From Isurus oxyrinchus (Eukaryota), in contig JANJGN010000010.1 of NCBI GenBank assembly GCA_026770705.1, positions 91,822,001 to 91,886,000 of the forward strand: DNA of 64,000 bases, written 5' to 3'. Below are positions 40,601 to 55,600 of this stretch, one piece after another; within the stretch, counting starts at the first letter, position 1; each line of letters begins with the position of its first letter. The notes below the pieces were generated by a model. It saw nothing but the letters and a program-made list of their open reading frames with translations. It did not search any database and had not been told where the DNA came from. Both the position numbers and the translations under genes were made by a program.

Positions 40601-43600
40601 TGTTCGGCCATTCTGACAAGCAGGCATCAGCTGTCATTCTGTGAATGTAACTATGTCTCAAGCTTTTGTGTGACTAATCTGTAGGTCAGCTCTCTCAATT
40701 TTGGCACAAGTCACCACTTTTGTAAAAATTGTTTTTGTTTTTTATAAGCGTAATGTTCGTCAAACAACCTTCAGTCAGTATAGATTAAAGCTTTAATTCT
40801 TCTTTTGCGGATGAACCTACTGTTCACTATCTACCAGGCAAGAATACACCTGCTAGTGAGTGACTTTCCTAAATTACAAAAGTGCTATTATTTGAAACGC
40901 ACTTCATTGTCTTTATAGAAGTGTGTGACTACATTGGTCAGGTAAAGTGAAATATAAATTTATGCCTTTCTTTCTCATTGATGTTATTCCTGAATATTTG
41001 GAGTGCTGCATATCTGCTCGCTCTCGGGTGTTTATTACATTTCTTCTACCTGGTCCAATGTGCATTGGTGCCTACACAATTATTGACATGAGCTGACCTG
41101 ACAACACACAGGTCAGCTGGATTGTGTAAAGGAACAGTGTTTGTATTCTGAAATCTGGCGTTATACTGCCACTGGATGATCGACCATCTTCTGACACTTG
41201 GAAGGCAATGACACGATTTGTTTTTTTACAATTGTAGAGTGAATTACATTCACGCTTGTATGAGAACCAAATGACGGTTTATGCAGCTTCTCTGGGAGCT
41301 CTGTTTCTGCCAAAACTATGGCGAGTGATCAGTGCAGCCCAGTGGAAATTCATGGGCAATAACATTGACCAATGCTTATTTTGTTTTTTAGAATCACTCA
41401 CTGATTCAATGCTGGGATCTCTATTTTCTCTCAAATTGACGTGAGGCATTACTGGTGGCACAGTGGAATTTCGCAGACAATAACGTTGACCAGTGCCCCA
41501 GAATTAAATCAGTGAGAGATTCTAATAAATGTGTAATTTGAACCATTTATTTTGCAATTTTGATCAGAATCAATCTTGGGTCAGTTTGGCATCCATTTGC
41601 CATCAACATAGCAGCCAGTGTGCTCCACAAATCTACAAGATTAGTGCATTAAGACACTTGAGCCTCTTCCTCAGCCTCCAGTTGCTCCAATGGTCGACCA
41701 TTCTGCTAAGGGGTCATCAGATTTTTGCAGTATTGTGTCATAAATTATCTTACGTTCTTCTTTCTGGTTATTTAAACAAAGATATGTCGAACAATCTTCA
41801 TTCTGCTTTAAATTCATTCTAGTTTTCATTCTTCTTTTCCAGAGATGCCAACTGACTACTCTCCACCAGGTAAAAAAATACATGCTAGTCAGTGACTATC
41901 TTTGATCTCCTGATATTTGGACTCCAGGACAAACAAGTCAAATAAGTAAAAATATATGGACTGGTCATCTGGTATTGAGCTCAGCCATGGAGTCAACAAA
42001 GGCGCACCCAGCCCAGGGGACGCTGTAAAGTTCATCTCACTACCATCTGGCGACTTGTGCCAAAATTGAGAGAGCTGCCCCACAGATTAGTCACACAACA
42101 GGTTGAGTCATAGTCACACTCACAGAATGCTAGATTTCAGCCAACATCCCAGACTCCTCCATCACCATTCCTGAGTATATCCTGTCAACAAGCAGGTAGA
42201 CCCACCAGCCCAGTGGTGTCAAGTCACTCGAGCCTTTTCTGCAAACTTCAATTTCTGTTGCTGGAATGTTTGGCCATTCTGACAAGCGGGCATCAGCTGT
42301 CATTCTGTGAATGTAACTATGTCTCAAGCTTTTGTGTGACTAATCTGTAGGTCAGCTCTCTCAATTTTGGCACAAGTCACCACTTTTGTAAAAATTGTTT
42401 TTGTTTTTTATAAGCGTACTGTTCGTCAAACAACCTTCAGTCAGTATAGATTAAAGTTTTAATTCTTCTTTTTCGGATGAACCTACTGTTCACTATCTAC
42501 CAGGCAAGAATACACCTGCTAGTGAGTGACTTTCCTAAATTACAAAAGTGCTATTATTTGAAACGCACTTCATTGTCTTTATAGAAGTGTGTGACTACAT
42601 TGGTCAGGTAAAGTGAAATATAAATTTATGCCTTTCTTTCTCATTGATGTTATTCCTGAATATTTGGAGTGCTGCATATCTGCTTGCTCTCGGGTGTTTA
42701 TTACATTTCTTCTACCTGGTCCAATGTGCATTGGTGCCTACACAATTATTGACGTGAGCTGACCTGACAACACACAGGTCAGCTGGATTGTTTAAAGGAA
42801 CAGTGTTTGTATTCTGAAATCTGGCGTTATACTGCCACTGGATGATCGACCATCTTCTGACACTTGGAAGGCAATGACACGATTTGTTTTTTTACAATTG
42901 TATAGTGAATTACATTCACGCTTGTATGAGAACCAAATGACGGTTTATGCAGCTTCTCTGGGAGCTCTGTTTTTGCCAAAACTATGGCGAGTGATCAGTG
43001 CAGCGGACTGGAAATTCATGGGCAATAACATTGACCAATGCTTATTTTGTTTTTTAGAATCTCTCACTGATTCAATGCTGGGATCTCTATTTTCTCTCAA
43101 ATTGACGTGAGGCACAGTGGAATTTCGCAGACAATAACGTTGACCAGTGCCCCAGAATTAAATCAGTGAGAGATTCTAATAAATGTGTAATTTGAACCAT
43201 TTATTTTGCAATTTTGATCAGAATCAATCTTGGGTCAGTTTGGCATCCATTTGCCATCAACATAGCAGCCAGTGTGCTCCACAAATCTACAAGATTAGTG
43301 CATTAAGACACTTGAGCCTCTTCCTCAGCCTCCAGTTGCTCCAATGGTCGACCATTCTGCTAAGGGGTCATCAGAGTTTTGCAGTTTTATGTCATAAATT
43401 ATCTTACGTTCTTCTTTCCGGTTATTTAAACAAAGATATGTCAAACAATCTTCATTCTGCTTTAAATTCATTATAGTTTACATTCTTCTTTTCCAGAGAT
43501 ACCAACTGACTACTCTCCACCAGGTAAAAAAATACATGCTAGTCAGTGATTATCTTTGATCTCCTGATATTTGGACTCCAGGACAAACAAGTCAAATAAG

Positions 43601-46600
43601 TAAAAATATCTGGACTGGTCATCTGGTATTGAGCTCAGCCATGGAGTCAACAAAGGCGCACCCAGCCTAGGGGACGCTGTAAAGTTCATCTCACCACCAT
43701 CTGGCGACTTGCGCCAAAATTGAGAGAACTGCCCCACAGATTAGTCACACAACAGGTTGAGTCATAGTCACACTCACAGAATCCTAGATTTCAGCCAACA
43801 TCCCAGACTCCTCCATCACCATTCCTGAGTATGTCCCATCAACAAGCAGGTAGACCCACCAGCCCTGTGGTATCAAGTCACTGGAGCCTTTTCTGCAAAC
43901 ATCAATTTCTGTTGCTGGAATGTTTGGCCATTCTGACAAGCGGGCATCAGCTGTTATTCTGTGAATGTAACTATGTCTCAAGCTTTTGTGTGACAAATCT
44001 GTGGGTCAGCACTCTCAATTTTCGTATCAAATTGTTTCTTTTTTTTTGTTAACGTACTGTTCGTCAACCAAACTCCAGTCAGTATAGATTAAAGTTTTGA
44101 TTCTTCTTTTTCTGATGAACCTAACGTCTACTATCCACCAGGCATGAATCCACCTGCTAGTGAGTGACTATCTTTGATTTCCTGCTATTTTGCTGCTGGC
44201 CCCGTTTTCATTGCTTCGAAATTTGAGTGTCAGCTGTGGCCTAGTTGGCAGAAAAGCTGCCACTGGGGCAAAGTTTATAATTTTAAATTTCACTCCAGCA
44301 TTTGAGCACAGCGATTTGGGTGACACTCCAGTGCTGTACTGAGGGAGGGTTGCACTGTGGAGGTGATGTCTTTTGCATGAATGCTGGAAGCGAGGCCCTG
44401 TCTACACCCTCAGATGACATAACAAGGCATTATTTTGGGATAGAACTGATTGGCTATTTGCCGAGTCTTGCTGTATTTATGCCTCAATACACATGACAAA
44501 AACAGATTATCTTTTCATGATCACATTGCTATTCATGCCAGGTGCAGTGCTGTATTCCTCATCGCAGGTCGACATCTATAACCCCCAGCACTATTTGAGA
44601 AAAGAGTAGGGCCGTTATTCTCCATATCTCGGTTAATATTTATCCCTTAATCAACGTCACAAAAACAGATTACCTGGTAATCGTTACTTGGCTGTTTGTG
44701 GGAATTTCCTGTGTGCTAATTGGCTGTTGTTTTTCCTAAATTCCAAAAGTGCTGTCATTTGAAACGCACTTCATTGGCTTTAAAGTACTGTGTGACTACA
44801 TTGTCCAAGTAAGGTGAAATATAAATTTATACCTTTCTTTTTCATTGATGTTATTCCTGAACATTTGAAGTGCTGCATAATCCCTCGCTCTCGTACGATC
44901 ATTACACTTCCTCTACCTGGTCCAATGTGCATTGGTGTTGACACAATTATTGACATGAGCTGACCTCCTGACAACATACAGGTCAGCTGGACTGTGTAAA
45001 TAGACAGTGTTTGCATTCTGAGATCTGGTATTATACTGCCACTGGATGATCGACCCTCTTCTGACACTTGGATTTGTTTTTTTACAATTGTATAGTGAAT
45101 TACAGTCACACTCGTATGAGAACCAAATGATGGTTTACGCAGCTTCACTGGGAGCTCTGTTTCTGCCAAAACTATGGCGAGTGATCAGTGCGGCCCAGTG
45201 GACATTCATTGGCAATAACATTGACCAATGTTTATTATGTTTATTAGAAGCTCTCACTGATTCAATTCTGGGATCTCTATTTTCTCTCAAATTGAGTTGA
45301 GGGATTGCTGGTGGCACAGTGGAATTTCACAGTCAATGACGTTGACCAGTGCCCCAGAATTAAATCAGTGAGAGATTCTAATAAATGTGTAATTTGAACC
45401 ATTTATTTTGCAATTTTGATCAGAATCAATCTTGGGTCAGTTTGGCATCCATTTGGCATCAACATAGCAGCCAGTGTGCTCCACAAATCCATAAGATTAG
45501 TGAATTAAGACACTTGAGCCTGTTCCTCAACCTCCAGTTGCTCAAATCCTCGACCATGCTGCTAAGGGATCATCAGATTTTTGCAGTTTTGTGTCATAAA
45601 TTATCTTACGTTCTTCCTTCCGGTTATTTAAACAAAGATATGTCAAACAATCTTCATTCTGTTTTAAATTCATTATAGTTTTCATTCTTCTCTTCCAGAG
45701 AAACCTACCGACTACTCTGCACCAGGTAAAAAGAACATGCTAGTCAGTGACTATCTTTGATCTCCTGACATTTGGACTCCTGTCCAGGCTTCCAGTACAT
45801 CCAACTTTAAAATGCCAGCAATGGGCAGGATATGAGAAATCTGTCCCCTGAGGCTATATAAGTTCAAATCCCACTCCAGGACAAACAAGTCAAATAAGTG
45901 AAAATAAGCGGACAGGTCATCTAGTATTGAGCTCGCCCATGGAGTCAACAAAGACGCATCCAGCCCAGGGGATGTTGTTAGGTTCATCTCACTACCATCT
46001 GGCGACTTGTGCCAAAATTGAGAGAGCTGCCACACAGATTAGTCACACAACAGGTTGAGACATAGTTACACTCACAGAATCCTAGATTTCAGCCAACATC
46101 CCAGACTCCTCCATCACCATTCCTGAGTATGTCCCATCAACAAGCAGGTAGACCCACCAGCCCAGTGGTATCAAGTCACTCGAGCCTGTTCCGCAAACTT
46201 CAGTTTCTGTTGCTGGAATGTTCGGCCATTCTGACAAGCGGGCATCAGCTGTCATTCTGTGAATGTAACCATGTGTCAACATTTGGTGTGACTAATCTGT
46301 GTGTCAGCTCTCTCAATTTTGGCACAAGTCACCAGATTTGTATCAAATTGTTTCTTTTTTAACGTACACACAACCTCCAGTCGGAATAGATTAAAGTTTT
46401 AATTCTTCTTCTTCAGATGAACCTACCGTCTACTATCTACCAGGCAAGTATACACCTGCTAGTTGGTGACTATCTTTGATTTCCTGCTATTTTGACCCAG
46501 GCCCCGTTTTCAATGCATCGAAATTTGAGTGTCAGCCTTGGCCTAGTTGGCAGAAATGCTGCCGCTGAGGCAAAGTTTATCATTTTAAATTTCACTCCAG

Positions 46601-49600
46601 CATTTCAGCACAGCGATCTGGGTGACACTCCAGTGCAGTACTGAGGGAGGGGTGCACTGTGGAGGTGATGTCTTTTGCATGAATACTGGAAGTGAGGGCC
46701 TGTCTACACCCTCAGAATGACATAACAAGGCATTATTTTGGGATAGAACTGATTGGCTATTTGCAGAGTCTTGCTGTATTTATGCCTCAATACACATGAC
46801 AAAAACGGATTATCTTTTCATGATCACATTGCTATTCATGCAAGGTGCAGTGCTGTATTCCTGATCGGAGGTCAACATCTATAAACCCCAGCACAATTTG
46901 AGAAAAGAGTAGAGCTGTTATTCTCCATATCTCAGTTAATATTTATCCCTTAATCAATGTCACAAAAACAGATTGCCTAGTAATCATTACTTGTCTGTTT
47001 GTGGGAATTTCCTGTGTGCTAATTGGCTGTTGTTTTTCCTAAATTCCAAAAGTGCTGTCATTTGAAACGCACTTCATTGGCTTTAAAGTACTGTGTGACT
47101 ACATTGGCCAAGTAAGGTGAAATATAAATTTATACCTTTCTTTTTCATTGATGTTATTCCTGAACATTTGGAGTGCTGCATAATCCCTCGCACTCAGACA
47201 ATCATTGCATTTCCTCTACCTGGTCTAATGTGCATTGGTGTTTACACAATTATTGACATGAGCTGACCTCCTGAAAACATACAGGTCAGCTGGACAATGT
47301 AAATGGACAGTGTTTGTATTCTGAGATCTGGCGTTATACGGCCACTGGATGATCGACCATCTTCTGACATTTGGAAGGCAATGACACGATTTGTTTTTTA
47401 ACAATTGTATAGTGAATTACATTCACGCTCGTATGAGAACCAAATGACGGTTTACGCAGCTTCTATGGGAGCTCTGTTTCTGCCAAAACTATGGCGAGTG
47501 ATCAGTGCGGCCCAGTGGACATTCATTGGCAATAACATTGACCAATGCTTATTATGTTTATTAGAATCTCTCACTGATTCAGTTCCGGGATTTCTATTTT
47601 CTGTCAAATTGAGGTGAGGGATTACTGGTGGCACAGTGGAATTTCGCAGACAATGACGTTGACCAGTGCCCCAGAATTAAATCATTGAGAGATTCTAATA
47701 AATGTGTAATTTGAACCATTTATTTTGCAATTTTGATCAGAATCAATCTTGGGTCAGTTTGGCATCCATTTGGCATCAACATAGCAGCCAGTGTGCTCCA
47801 CAAATCTACAAGATTAGTGCATTAAGACATTTGAGCCTCTTCCTCAGCCTCCAGTTGGTCAAATGTTCGACTATTCTGCTAAGGGGTCATCAGATTTTTG
47901 CAGTTTTGTGTCATAAATTATCTTACGTTCTTCTTTCCGGTTATTTAAACAAAGATATGTCAAACAATCTTCATTCTGCTTTAAATTCATTATAGTTTAC
48001 ATTCTTCTTTTCCAGAGATACCAACTGACTACTCTCCACCAGGTAAAAAAATACATGCTAGTCAGTGACTATCTTTGATCTCCTGATATTTGGACTCCAG
48101 GACAAACAAGTCAAATAAGTAAAAATATATGGACTGGTCATCTGGTATTGAGCTCAGCCATGGAGTCAACAAAGGCGCACTCAGCCTAGGGGCGCTGTAA
48201 AGTTCATCTCACTACCATCTGGCGACTTTTGCAAAAATTGAGAGAACTGCCCCACAGATTAGTCACACAAAAGGTTGAGTCATAGTCACACTCACAGAAT
48301 CCTAGATTTCAGCCAACATCCCAGACTCCTCCATCACCATTCCTGTCAACAAGCAGGTAGACCCACCAGCCCTGTGGTGTCAAGTCACTCGAGCCTGTTC
48401 CGCAAACTTCAGTTTCTGTTGCTGGAATGTTCGGCCATTCTGACAAGCGGGCATCAGCTGTCATTCTGTGAATGTAACTATATCTCAAGCTTTTGTGTGA
48501 CAAATCTGTGGGCCAGTGCTCTCAATTTTTGTATCAAATTGTTTCTTTTTTTTTGTTAACATACTGTTCGTCAAACAAACTCCAGTTTGTATAGATTAAA
48601 GTTTTGATTCTTCTTTTTCTGATGAACCTAATGTCTACTATCCACCAGGCATGAATCCACCTGCTAGTGAGTTACTATCTTTGATTTCCTGCTATTTTGC
48701 TGCTGGCCCCGTTTTCATTGCATTGAAATTTGAGTATCAGCTGTGGCCTAGTTGGCAGAAAAGCTGCCACTGGGGCAAAGTTTATAATTTTAAATTTCAC
48801 TCCAGCATTTGAGCACAGCGATCTGGGTGACACTCCAGTGCTGTACTGAGGGAGGGTTGCACTGTGGAGGTGATGTCTTTTGCATGAATACTGGAAGCGA
48901 GGCCCTGTCTACACTCTCAGGATGACATAACAAGGCATTATTTTGGGATAGAACTGATTGGCTATTTGCCGAGTCTTGCTGTATTATGCCTCAATACACA
49001 TGACAAAAACAGTTTATCTTTTCATGATCACATTGCTATTCATGCAAGGTGCAGTGCTGTATTCCTCATCGCAGGTTGATATCTATAACCCCCAGCACTA
49101 TTTGAGAAAAGAGTAGAGCCGTTATTCTCCATATCTCGGTTAATATTTATCCCTCAATTATCGTCACAAAAACAAATTAGCTGGTAATCGTTACTTGGCT
49201 GTTTGTGGGAATTTCCTGTGTGCTAATTGGCTGTTGTTTTTCCTAAATTACAAAAGTGCTGTCATTTGAAACGCACTTCATTTGCTTTAAAGTACTGTGT
49301 GACTACATTGGCCAAGTAAGGTGAAATATAAATTTATACCTTTTTCATTGATGTTATTCCTGAACATTTGGAGTGCTGCATAATCCCTCGCTCTCGAACG
49401 ATCATTACACTTCCTCTACCTGGTCCAATGTGCATTGGTATTTACACAATTATTGACATGAGCTGACCTCCTGACAACATACAGGTCAGCTGGACTGTGT
49501 AAATTGACAGTGTTTGTATTCTGAGATTTGGCATTATACTGCCACTGGATGATCGACCATCTTCTGACACTTGGATTTGTTTTTTTACAATTGTATAGTG

Positions 49601-52600
49601 AATTACCTTCACACTCGTATGAGAACCAAATGATGGTTTACGCAGCTTCTCTGGGAGCTCTGTTTCTGCCAAAACTATGGCGAGTGATCAGTGCGGCCCA
49701 GTGGACATTCATTGGCAATAACATTGACCAATGCATATTATGTTTATTAGAAGCTCTCACTGATTCAATTCTGGGATCTCTATTTTCTCTCAAATTGAGG
49801 TGAGGGATTACTGGTGGCACAGTGGAATTTCGCAGTCAATGACGTTGACCAGTGCCCCAGAATATAATCAGTGAGAGATTCTAATAAATGTGTAATTTGA
49901 ACCATTTATTTTGCAATTTTGATCAGAATCAATCTTGGGTCAGATTGGCATCCATTTGGCATCAACATAGCAGTCTGTGCACCACAAATCTATAAGATTA
50001 GTGAATTAAGACACTTGAGCCTGTTCCTCAACCTCCAGTTGCTCCAATGTTCGACCATTCTGCTAAGTGGTCATCCGATTTTTGCAATTTTGTGTCATAA
50101 ATTATCTTACGTTCTTCCTTCCGGTTATTTAAACAAAGATATGTCAAACAATCTTCATTCTGCTTTAAATTCATTATAGTTTTCATTCTTCTTTTCCAGA
50201 GAAACCTACCGACTACTCTCCACCAGGTAAAAAGTACATGCTAGTCAGTGACTATCTTTGATCCCCTGACATTTGGACTCCTGTCCAGGCTTCCAGTGTA
50301 TCCAACTTTAAAATGCCAGCAATGGGCAGGATATGAGAAATCTGGCCCCTAAGGCTATATAAGTTCAAATCCCACTCCAGGACAAACAAGTCAAATAAGT
50401 GAAAATAAACGGACAGGTCATCTGGTATTGAGCTCGCCCATGGAGTCAACAAAGACGCACCCAGCCCAGGGGATGTTGTAAAGTTCATCTCACTACCATC
50501 TGGCGACTTGTGCCAAAATTGAGAGAACTGCCACACAGATTAGTCACACAACAGGTTGAGACGTAGTCACACTCACAGAATCCTAGATTTCAGCCAACAT
50601 CCCAGACTCCTCCATCACCATTCCTGAGTATGTCCCATCAACAAGCAGGTAGACCCACCAGCCCAGTGGTATCAAGTCACTCGGGCCTATTCCACAAACT
50701 TCAGTTTCTGTTGCTGGAATGTTCGGCCATTCTGACAAGCGGGCATCAGCTGTCATTCTGTGAATGTAACCATGTGTCAACCTTTGGTGTGACTAATCTG
50801 TGGGTCAGCTCTCTCAATTTTGGCACAAGTCACCAGTTTTTTATCAAATTGTTTCTTTTTTTTTGTTAACGTACACACAACCTCCTGTCGGTATAGATTA
50901 AAGTTTTAATTCTTCTTCTTCAGATGAACCTACCGTCTACTATCCACCAGGCAAGTATACACCTGCTAGTGGGTGACTATCTTTGATTTCCTGCTATTTT
51001 GACCCAGGCCCCGTTTTCAATGCATCAAAATTTGAGTGTCAGCCTTGGCCTAGTTGGCAGAAAAGCTGCCACTGGGGCAAAGTTTATCATTTTAAATTTC
51101 ACTCCAGCATTTGAGCACAATTATCTGGGTGACACTCCAGTGCAGTACTGAGGGAGGGGTGCACTGTGGAGGTGATGTCTTTTGCATGAATACTGGAAGT
51201 GCGGGCCTGTCTACACCCTCAGGATGACATAACAAGGCATTATTTTGGGATAGAACTGATGGGCTATTTGCAGAGTCTTGCTGTATTTATGCCTCAATAC
51301 ACATGACAAAAACGGATTATCTTTTCATGATCACATTGCTATTCATGCAAGGTGCAGTTCTGTATTCCTGATCGCAGGTCGACATCTATAACCCCCAGCA
51401 CTATTTCAGAAAAGAGTAGAGCTGTTATTCTCCATATCTCAGTTAATATTTATCCCTTAATCAATGTCACAAAAACAGATTGCCTAGTAATCATTACTTG
51501 TCTGTTTGTGGGAATTTCCTGTGTGCTAATTGGCTGTTGTTTTTCCTAAATTACAAAAGTGCTGTCATTTGAAACGCACTTCATTGGCTTTAAAGTACTG
51601 TGTGACTACATTGTCCAAGTAAGGTGAAATATAAATTTATACCTTTCTTTTTCATTGATGTTATTCCTGAACATTTGGAGTGCTGCATAATCCCTCGCAC
51701 TCAGACGATCATTACACTTCCTCTACCTGGTCCAATGTGCATTGGTGTTTACACAATTATTGATATGAGCTGACCTCCTGAAAACATACAGGTCAGCTGG
51801 ACAATGTAAATGGACAGTGTTTGTATTCTGAGATCTGGCGTTATACTGCCACTGGATGATCGACCATCTTCTGACATTTGGAAGGCAATGACACGATTTG
51901 TTTTTTTTCAAATGTTTGGTGAATTACATTCACACTCGTATGAGAACCAAATGACGGTTTACGCAGCTTCTCTGGGAGCTCTGTTTCTGCCAAAACTATG
52001 GCGAGTGATCAGTGCGGCCCAGTGGACATTCATTGGCAATAACATCGACCAATAAATTATGTTTATTAGAAACTCTCACTGATTCAATGCTGGGATCTCC
52101 ATTTTCTGTCAAATTGAGGTGAGGGATTACTGGTGGCACAGTGGAATTTTGCAGTCAATGACATTGCCCAGTGCTCCAGAATTAAATCAGTGAGAGATTC
52201 TAATAAATGTGTGATTTGAACCATTTATTTTGCAATTTTGATCAGAATCAATCTTGGGTCAGTTTGGCATCCATTTGTCATCAACATAGCAGCCAGTGTG
52301 CTCCACGAATCTACAAGATTAGTGCATTAAGATACTTGAGCCTCTTCCTCAGCCTCCAGTTGCTCAAATGTTCGACCATTCTTCTAAGGGGTCATCAGAT
52401 TTTTGCAGTTTTGTGTCATAAATTATATTATGTTCTTCTTTCCGGTTATTTAAACAAAGATATGTCAAACAATCTTCATTCTGCTTTAATTTCATTATAG
52501 TTTTCATTCTTCTTTTCCAGAGAAACCTACCAACTACTCTCCACCAGGTAAAAAAATACATGCTAGTCAGTGACTATCTTTGATCTCCTGACATTTGGAC

Positions 52601-55600
52601 TCCTGTCCAGGCTTCCAGTGTATCCAACTTTAAAATGCTGGCAATGGGGAGGTTATGAGAAATCTGAACCCCTGAGGCAAAGTAAGTTCAAATCCCACTC
52701 CAGGACAAAGAAATCAAATAAGTAAAAATATATGGACTGGTCATCTAGTATTGAGCTTGTCCATGGAGTCAACACAGACGCACCCAGCCCAGTGGACGCT
52801 GTGAAGTTCATCTCACTACCATCTGCAACTTGTGCCACTATTGAGAGAGATGCCTCACAGATTAGTCACACCACAGGTTGAGTCATAGTCACACTCACAG
52901 AATGCTAGTCAGCCAACATCCCAGACTCCTCCAGCACCATTCCTGAGTATATCCTGTCAACAAGCAGGTAGACCCACCAGCCCAGTGGTGTCAAGTCAGT
53001 CGAGCCTTTTCTGCAAACTTCAATTTCTGTTGCTGGAATGTTTGGCCATTCTGACAAGCGGGCATCAGCTGTCATTCTGTGAATGTAACTATGTCTCAAG
53101 GTTTTGTGTGACTAATCTGTGGGTCAGCTCTCCCAATTTTGGCACAAGTCACCAGTTTTGTAAAAATTGTTTTTGTTTTTCGTTAGCGTACTGTTCGTCA
53201 AACAACCTTCAGTCAGTATAGATTAAAGTTTTAATTCTTCTTTTTCGGATGAACCTACTGTTCACTATCCACCAGGCAAGAATACACCTGCTAGTGAGTG
53301 ACTTTCCTAAATTACAAAAGTGCTATTATTTGAAACGCACTTCATTGGCTTTATAGTACTGTGTGACTACATTGGTCAAGTAAAGTGAAATATAAGTTTA
53401 TACCTTTCTTTTTCATTGATGTTATTCCTGAATATTTGGCGGGCTGCATAACCGCTCGCTCTCGGATGATCATTACATTTCCTCTACCTGGTCCAATGTG
53501 CATTGGTGCTTACACAATTATTGACATGAGCTGACCTGACAACACACAGGTCAGCTGGATTGTGTAAAGGAACAGTGTTTGTATTCTGAAATCTGGTGTT
53601 ATACTGCCACTGGATGATCGACCATCTTCTGACATTTGGAAGGCAATGACAGGATTTGTTTTTTTACAATTGTATTGTGATTTACATTCACGCTCGTATG
53701 AGAACCAAATGACGGTTTACGCAGCTTCTCTGGGAGCTCTGTTTCTGCCAAAACTATGGCGAGTGATCAGTGCCGCCCAGTGGACATTCATTGGCAATAA
53801 CATTGACCAATGCTTATTATGTTTTTTAGAAGCTCTCACTGATTCAAAGCTGGGATCGCTATTTTCTCTCAAATTGAGTTGAGGCATTACTGGTGGCACA
53901 GTGGAATTTCGCAGACAATGACGTTGACCAGTGCCCCAGAATTAAATCAGTAAGAGATTCTAATAAATGTGTAATTTGAACCATTTATTTTGCAATTTTG
54001 ATCAGAATCAATCTTGGGTCAGTTTGGCATCCATTTGGCATCAACATAGCAGCCAGTGTGCTCCACAAATCTACAAGATTAGTGCATTAAGACATTTGAG
54101 CCTCTTCCTCAGCCTCCAGTTGCTCAAATGTTCGACCATTCTGCTAAGGGGTCATCAGATTTTTGCAGTTTTGTGTCATAAATTATCTTACGTTCTTCTT
54201 TCCGGTTATTTAAACAAAGATATGTCAAACAATCTTCATTCTGCTTTAAATTCATTATAGTTTACATTCTTCTTTTCCAGAGATACCAACTGACTACTCT
54301 CCACCAGGTAAAAAAATACATGCTAGTCAGTGACTATCTTTGATCTCCTGATATTTGGACTCCAGGACAAACAAGTCAAATAAGTAAAAATATATGGACT
54401 GGTCATCTGGTATTGAGCTCAGCCATGGAGTCAACAAAGGTGCACTCAGCCTAGGGGCGCTGTAAAGTTCATCTCACTACCATCTGGCGACTTGTGCCAA
54501 AATTGAGAGAACTGCCCCACAGATTAGTCACACAAAAGGTTGAGTCATAGTCACACTCACATAATCCTAGATTTTAGCCAACATCCCAGACTCCTCCATC
54601 ACCATTCCTGTCAACAAGCAGGTAGACCCACCAGCCCTATGGTGTCAAGTCAGTCGAGCCTTTTCTGCAAACTTCAATTTCTGTTGCTGGAATGTTCGGC
54701 CATTATGACAAGCGGGCATCAGCTGTCATTCTGTGATTGTAACTATATCTCAAGCTTTTGTGTGACAAATCTGTGGGTCAGTGCTCTCAATTTTTGTATC
54801 AAATTGTTTCTTTTTTTTTGTTAACGTACTGTTCGTCAAACAAACTCCAGTCAGTATAGATTAAAGTTTTGATTCTTCTTTTTCTGATGAACCTAATGTC
54901 TACTATCCACCAGGCATGGATCCACCTGCTAGTGAGTGACTATCTTTGATTTCCTGCTATTTTGCTGCTGGCTCCGTTTTCATTGCTTTGAAATTTGAGT
55001 ATCAGCTGTGGCCTAGTTGGCAGAAAAGCTGCCACTGGGGCAAAGTTTATAATTTTAAATTTCACTCCAGCATTTGAGCACAGCGATCTGGGTGACACTC
55101 CAGTGCAGTACTGAGGGAGGGTTGCACTGTGGAGGTGATGTCTTTTGCATGAATACTGGAAGCGAGGCCCTGTCTACACCCTCAGGATGGCATAACAAGG
55201 CATTATTTTGGGATAGAACTGATTGGCTATTTGCAGAGTCTTGCTGTATTATGCCTCAATACACATGACAAAAACAGTTTATCTTTTCATGATCACATTG
55301 CTATTCATGCAAGGTGCAGTGCTGTATTCCTCATCGCAGGTTGATATCTATAACCCCCAGCACTATTTGAGAAAAGAGTAGAGCCGTTATTCTCCATATC
55401 TCGGTTAATATTTATCCCTCAATTAACGTCACAAAAACAAATTAGCTGGTAATCGTTACTTGGCTGTTTGTGGGAATTTCCTGTGTGTTAATTGGCTGTT
55501 GTTTTTCCTAAATTACAAAAGTGCTGTCATTTGAAACGCACTTCATTTGCTTTAAAGTACTGTGTGACTACATTGTCCAAGTAAGGTGAAATATAAATTT

